A DNA stretch of 11,747 nt from Armatimonadota bacterium (lineage in GTDB: Bacteria > Sysuimicrobiota > Sysuimicrobiia > Sysuimicrobiales > Humicultoraceae), in assembly GCA_037446215.1 (NCBI GenBank), contig JBBIJB010000068.1, positions 1 through 11,747 on the forward strand. Reading direction: 5' to 3'. The notes beneath the pieces are model-generated. The model saw only the letters and a list, made by a program, of their open reading frames with translations. It was not told the origin of the DNA and did no database searches. Positions 6,804-11,747 of the stretch are shown piece by piece. The translations under genes were made by a program, and so were the position numbers. Position 1 is the stretch's first letter. The number at the start of each line of letters is the position of its first letter.

Positions 6804-7709
6804 CTATGTCTTCCCCTGTGGAGTTCTTAGGCGGTCGTCGCGCGGTTCCCTGTCGTGGAAGGCCTCGGCCAGCCTGGCGAACTCCGCCACTGACAGGCTC
6901 TCCCCCCTTCGCCTGGGATCGATCCCGGCCAGGCCGCAGGCCCGCTCGACCTCGGCCGCGGACGGCCGCCCCGGCCCGCCGCCCAGCCGGCCCCCGGCCG
7001 CCTGGAGCGCCGACCGCAGCATCTTGCGTCTCTGGCCGAACGCGGCGCGGACCACTTCCATGAAGTGGGGCATCGCCTCCAGAGGCACCGCCGGCTCTCC
7101 GCCGACCTCGAGGCGCACCACGCTGGAGGCGACCTTGGGCGGCGGGAAGAACGCGGTCCTCGGAACGCTCATGACAGCGTGAGGGGTGGCGCGGGCCTGG
7201 ACGACCACCGAGAGCAGGCCGTACTCCTTCCCGCCCGGGGGTGCCGTGATCCGGTCGGCCACCTCCCTCTGCACCATGACGACCATGCGCCGCGCGGTGT
7301 CGGCCAAGAGCAGGTTGATCAGCAGCGGGGAGGCGATCGAGTAGGGCAGGTTCGAGACCACCTTGGTGGCGCCGACGGCGCGCAGCTCCGCGGCGGTCAA
7401 CTCCATGGCGTCGGCCTGCATGATCCGGACTTGTGGGTAGGAGCGGCAGGCGGCCCGCAGCGCCGGGATGAACCTCCGGTCCACCTCTACCGCCACCACG
7501 GCAGCGCCCGTGCGCGCCAGGGCCACCGTTAGCGTGCCGATCCCAGGGCCTACCTCGAGGACGGTGTCGTCTGGACCCGCCTGAGAGGCGGCGACGATGC
7601 GGTCGAGCACGTGGCGGTTGACAAGGAAGTGCTGCCCGCGCGCGCGGTGGAGGCGGAGACCCATGGCCGCCAGGACCGCCCGGACCCCGGTGGGCGTGAC
7701 GAGGTCCAC
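6804..7709 (-). CDS. rsmA: 16S rRNA adenine dimethyltransferase RsmA/KsgA, 301 aa
   Basis: GQHFL, EVGPGIG, VEVD, SNLPY, MVQREVA, FFPPPKVAS, FGQRRK; usual position downstream of yabE. Confidence 0.96.
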   Translation of the reverse strand: MDLVTPTGVRAVLAAMGLRLHRARGQHFLVNRHVLDRIVAASQAGPDDTVLEVGPGIGTLTVALARTGAAVVAVEVDRRFIPALRAACRSYPQVRIMQADAMELTAAELRAVGATKVVSNLPYSIASPLLINLLLADTARRMVVMVQREVADRITAPPGGKEYGLLSVVVQARATPHAVMSVPRTAFFPPPKVASSVVRLEVGGEPAVPLEAMPHFMEVVRAAFGQRRKMLRSALQAAGGRLGGGPGRPSAAEVERACGLAGIDPRRRGESLSVAEFARLAEAFHDREPRDDRLRTPQGKT

Positions 7710-7726
7710 CTCGGGTAGATGCGGCG

Positions 7727-8722
7727 TTACTTCGACCTCGCCTGCGGCGAAGAGAGGATGTAGACCCGCACCGGCCTGCGGCCGAAGCGATAGGCCTCCT
7801 TCGCGGTGTTGAAGCCGAGGTCGATCCGGTGGCCCTTGATCGCGCCGCCGGTGTCGCCGGCGACCGCCCGGCCGTAGCCCTCGATGAACAGGCGAGAGCG
7901 CAGCGGGATCACCCGCGGGTCGACCGCCACCACGCCGTAGCCCGCGCGGAGCCCGATCGCCGTGGTTCCGTCCACGCCGCGGCCGTGCCAGGGAGCGTAG
8001 GCCGTCGCCTCCATGTGGACGATCTCCTTGCCGGCGAACTCACCGCGCGTGGCGAACATCCTGCGCGTGCCTACCTGCATTATGCGGTCCTGCGGCGGCT
8101 GCAGCAGCGCCTCGCTCAGCAGCTGCCGCTCGATGACCGCGCCGTCCGCCATGGTGACCGCGACCCGCCGCAGCCGCACGCCCGGCCTGCCCTGCTGAGC
8201 CACGCGGGTCATGCCGCGGGGCAGCGTCGCGTCGGGCCTGGAGAGGCGCGCGTAGGGCACACGCTCCTCCCTGCTGACGATCCTAGTCTCTATCCGAACG
8301 ACCCGAACGGCCGCGCCCGGCCTGAGCACGGCGTCCATGACAGGGTAGACCCTGTCCCGGGGCCGGAGCCGGATCCCTGCCTCGCCCAGGAGCTCCTCGA
8401 CCGTGGCCGAGGCGGTCGTCATCGCGCGCTTCTTCCCGTCGGCGACCAGGGTGACGCCGAAGGAGCGGCGCACGACTATCCTCAGCCCTGTCTCGAGCCG
8501 TGTATCCAAGGACGGGGTGACCCTGTCCTTGGCCCGGAGCCTGATGCCGGACTCCTCCAGCACCTCACCCACCGTAGTCCGGTAGGTCCAGGCCTTGAGG
8601 CTCTTCGAGCCGGCCTGCACCACGACGGCCTTGGGAAGATGCGCAGTGGCCGCGGCGCCCAGGGCCATCGTGGCTGCCACGACGAGCCCGGCCGGCACCA
8701 AGCGGAGCCTGCAAAGGCGCAT
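7727..8722 (-). CDS. yabE: YabE/SpsB-like secreted cell-wall enzyme (2x DUF348, G5, 3D domain), 331 aa
   Basis: SD AGGAGGTGA before ATG 8722; hydrophobic N-terminus; two TV.E.L.E.GIRLR..DRV.P repeats; G5-like segment; 3D domain ATAY..VAVDPRVIPL..GDTGGAIKG.RIDL with all three Asp. Confidence 0.9.
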   Translation of the reverse strand: MRLCRLRLVPAGLVVAATMALGAAATAHLPKAVVVQAGSKSLKAWTYRTTVGEVLEESGIRLRAKDRVTPSLDTRLETGLRIVVRRSFGVTLVADGKKRAMTTASATVEELLGEAGIRLRPRDRVYPVMDAVLRPGAAVRVVRIETRIVSREERVPYARLSRPDATLPRGMTRVAQQGRPGVRLRRVAVTMADGAVIERQLLSEALLQPPQDRIMQVGTRRMFATRGEFAGKEIVHMEATAYAPWHGRGVDGTTAIGLRAGYGVVAVDPRVIPLRSRLFIEGYGRAVAGDTGGAIKGHRIDLGFNTAKEAYRFGRRPVRVYILSSPQARSK

Positions 8723-8867
8723 CCCCTCACCTCCTGTCGTCTGGAAAGCCGGGGCCGGCAAATGCTCGCCGCCCGCTGATCGAACTGATGGCCGGACAGA
8801 TCGGCGGACCGCCCTCCGGCCTGGGACGGCCCTGATCTGGCATCAGGGTAGGATGGTGGATGTGACC
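8723..8867 (-). promoter_or_regulatory. Putative structured 5' leader of yabE-rsmA-aminotransferase
   Basis: Non-coding ~145 nt with several complementary segments: CUGAUG/CAUCAG, CAGAUC/GAUCUG, GGGCCGUCC/GGGCGGUCC, or alternatively CCCUGAU/AUCAGGG and GGCCGGA/UCCGGCC. Confidence 0.45.
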
Positions 8868-8882
8868 TCGACCATCTTACCC
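8846..8882. repeat. 12-bp imperfect inverted repeat over the predicted yabE -10 box and start site
   Basis: GGGTAGGATGGT (8846-8857), 13-nt spacer, ACCATCTTACCC (8871-8882); 11 of 12 positions complementary. Confidence 0.65.
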
Positions 8883-8902
8883 GTTCCCGGGGGCCAGGGC
8901 AA
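8874..8902 (-). promoter_or_regulatory. Putative sigma70/sigmaA promoter of yabE-rsmA, embedded in the end of meaB-mce
   Basis: TTGCCC (8902-8897), 17-nt spacer, TAAGAT (8879-8874). Confidence 0.55.
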
Positions 8903-10276
8903 TATCCGGGCCCGGCTCCATCAGCTCCACGAGGACCCCTGAGGTGGTCTTGGGGTGGAGGAACGCGACCCGCGCGCCGTGGGCGCCGGGCCTGGGAGCG
9001 GCGTCGATGGGCTCGAAACCCGCGCCCCGGGCTGCTTCCAGCGCCCTCTCCACGCTCGGCACCACGACCGCCACGTGGTGGATCCCCTCGCCCCGCCGCT
9101 CCAGGAACCTGGCGATCGGGCCTTCGCCGGAGAGAGGCTCCAGCAGCTCGATGGTGGCCTCGCCGAGCGGGACGAAGGCGACCCGCACCCCCTCGGAGCC
9201 GAGGCTCTCGGGCTCTCCCACCTCAAGGCCCAGCACCTCGCGGTAGAACCTGGAGGCCGAAGTGACGCTGCGGACCGCGACGCCGATGTGGCCTACGCGG
9301 ACGGGCCGCCGCGGCCCCTGCGCCAGGCGGGGCGCGGCATGGCCGACCAGCAGCCGGGAGGCTGCTCGTGGGTCGCTCTCGCCGGAGGCTACAGAGCCCA
9401 CGAGCCGCTCCAGGTCGGAGGGCGAGAGCGCGTCCAGGAGCTGTGAGCGCAGCGACGCCTCGGCTAGGCGCAGGATCTGCCTTCGCCACCGCTCGCGCCT
9501 GCGCCGGTCCAGCGCGCCGCTCGACCCCTGCGCGGCCCGGTGCTCCGAGATGGCGGCGAGCATCCTGGGGACCCCTTCTCCCGTGGTCGCCACCGTGGTC
9601 ACGACCGGCGGCCGCCACCAGGAGTCCGGCGTCATCTCGAGCATCATCTTCAGGTCGCTCACCGCGCGGTCGGCGTCGGCACGGTCGGCCTTGTTTACCA
9701 CGAAGAGGTCGCCTATCTCCATCACGCCCGCCTTGATCGCCTGCACCCCGTCGCCGAGCCCGGGAGTGGTGACCACCACCACCGTGTCCGCGGCCGACAT
9801 CACATCCACCTCGGCCTGCCCGGTGCCCACGGTCTCGATGAAGATCGTGGAGGCGCCCCAGGCGTCGAGCACGGCCGCGGCCTCGCCGGTCGCAGGTGCC
9901 AGCCCGCCGAGGCTGCCGCGGGTGGCCATCGAGCGGACGAAGACCTCCGGGTCGGTGCTGTGGTCCTGCATCCTGACGCGGTCGCCCAGCAGGGCGCCGC
10001 CCGAGAAGGGGCTGGTGGGGTCGATCGCCACGACGCCGATCCGCTCGCCCGCCGCGCGGAGGGCGCGCACCGCGGCGTCCACCAGGGTGCTCTTGCCCGA
10101 GCCGGGGGGGCCTGTCACCCCGACTATGTAGGCGCGCCCGGTGTGGGGGAAGAGCGCCCGCATCGCCTCCTCCGCCGCCGGGCCGTTGTTCTCGACCAGG
10201 CTTATCAGGCGCGCCGCGGCCGCGGCGGAGCCCGCGACCACCTGGGCGGCGAGCCTGCCTGCGCGATCGGCGTCCA

Positions 10277-10277
<1 letters not shown>
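8877..10277 (-). CDS. meaB: MeaB/ArgK (MMAA) G3E GTPase fused to methylmalonyl-CoA epimerase (VOC fold), 466 aa
   Basis: ATG 10277 overlaps the mutase stop (TGATG). MeaB motifs GPPGSGKST, AIDPTS, LGDRVRM, ETVG, NKAD; then in frame the epimerase motifs HIGVAV, IELLEP, EGIHHVA, FLHPK..GVLVEL. Confidence 0.92.

Positions 10278-11747
<1,470 letters not shown>

Noticed and set aside
7711..7722. 12-bp exact repeat TCGGGTAGATGC, also at 11728-11739
   Set aside because: A few 12-mer matches are expected by chance in 11.7 kb; the second copy is conserved mutase coding sequence.
8723..8867. c-di-AMP (ydaO) riboswitch or SRP RNA in the yabE leader
   Set aside because: ydaO motifs (GCUGAAUCC, GGGGGAACC, GUCAGCUAAC) and the SRP core (CAGG..GGAA..AGCAG) are not present.

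Overview
GC-rich (roughly 70% by eye) bacterial chromosomal segment of core and envelope genes, with no mobile element, CRISPR array, tRNA or rRNA. The minus strand, read right to left, carries: a methylmalonyl-CoA mutase substrate-binding subunit (5' end outside the window, no B12-binding domain), an in-frame MeaB GTPase/methylmalonyl-CoA epimerase fusion, a YabE-like DUF348-G5-3D cell-wall enzyme, rsmA (ksgA), a PLP class I/II aminotransferase, ispE, a MobA-like nucleotidyltransferase, a TolC-family channel and a long HlyD-family adaptor (3' end outside the window). One plus-strand LCP (LytR-CpsA-Psr) gene interrupts this run. The yabE-rsmA...ispE order is Bacillota-like, while TolC implies an outer membrane, so a diderm Terrabacteria lineage is inferred. 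The most interesting signals are: (1) a sigma70-type promoter, with two DnaA-box-like 9-mers upstream, apparently driving a ~90-nt structured RNA antisense to the lcp 3' end; (2) the MeaB-epimerase fusion; (3) a ~145-nt yabE leader with mutually exclusive folds and an anti-SD segment; (4) an apparently leaderless lcp. All RNA and promoter calls come from reading by eye and are untested.
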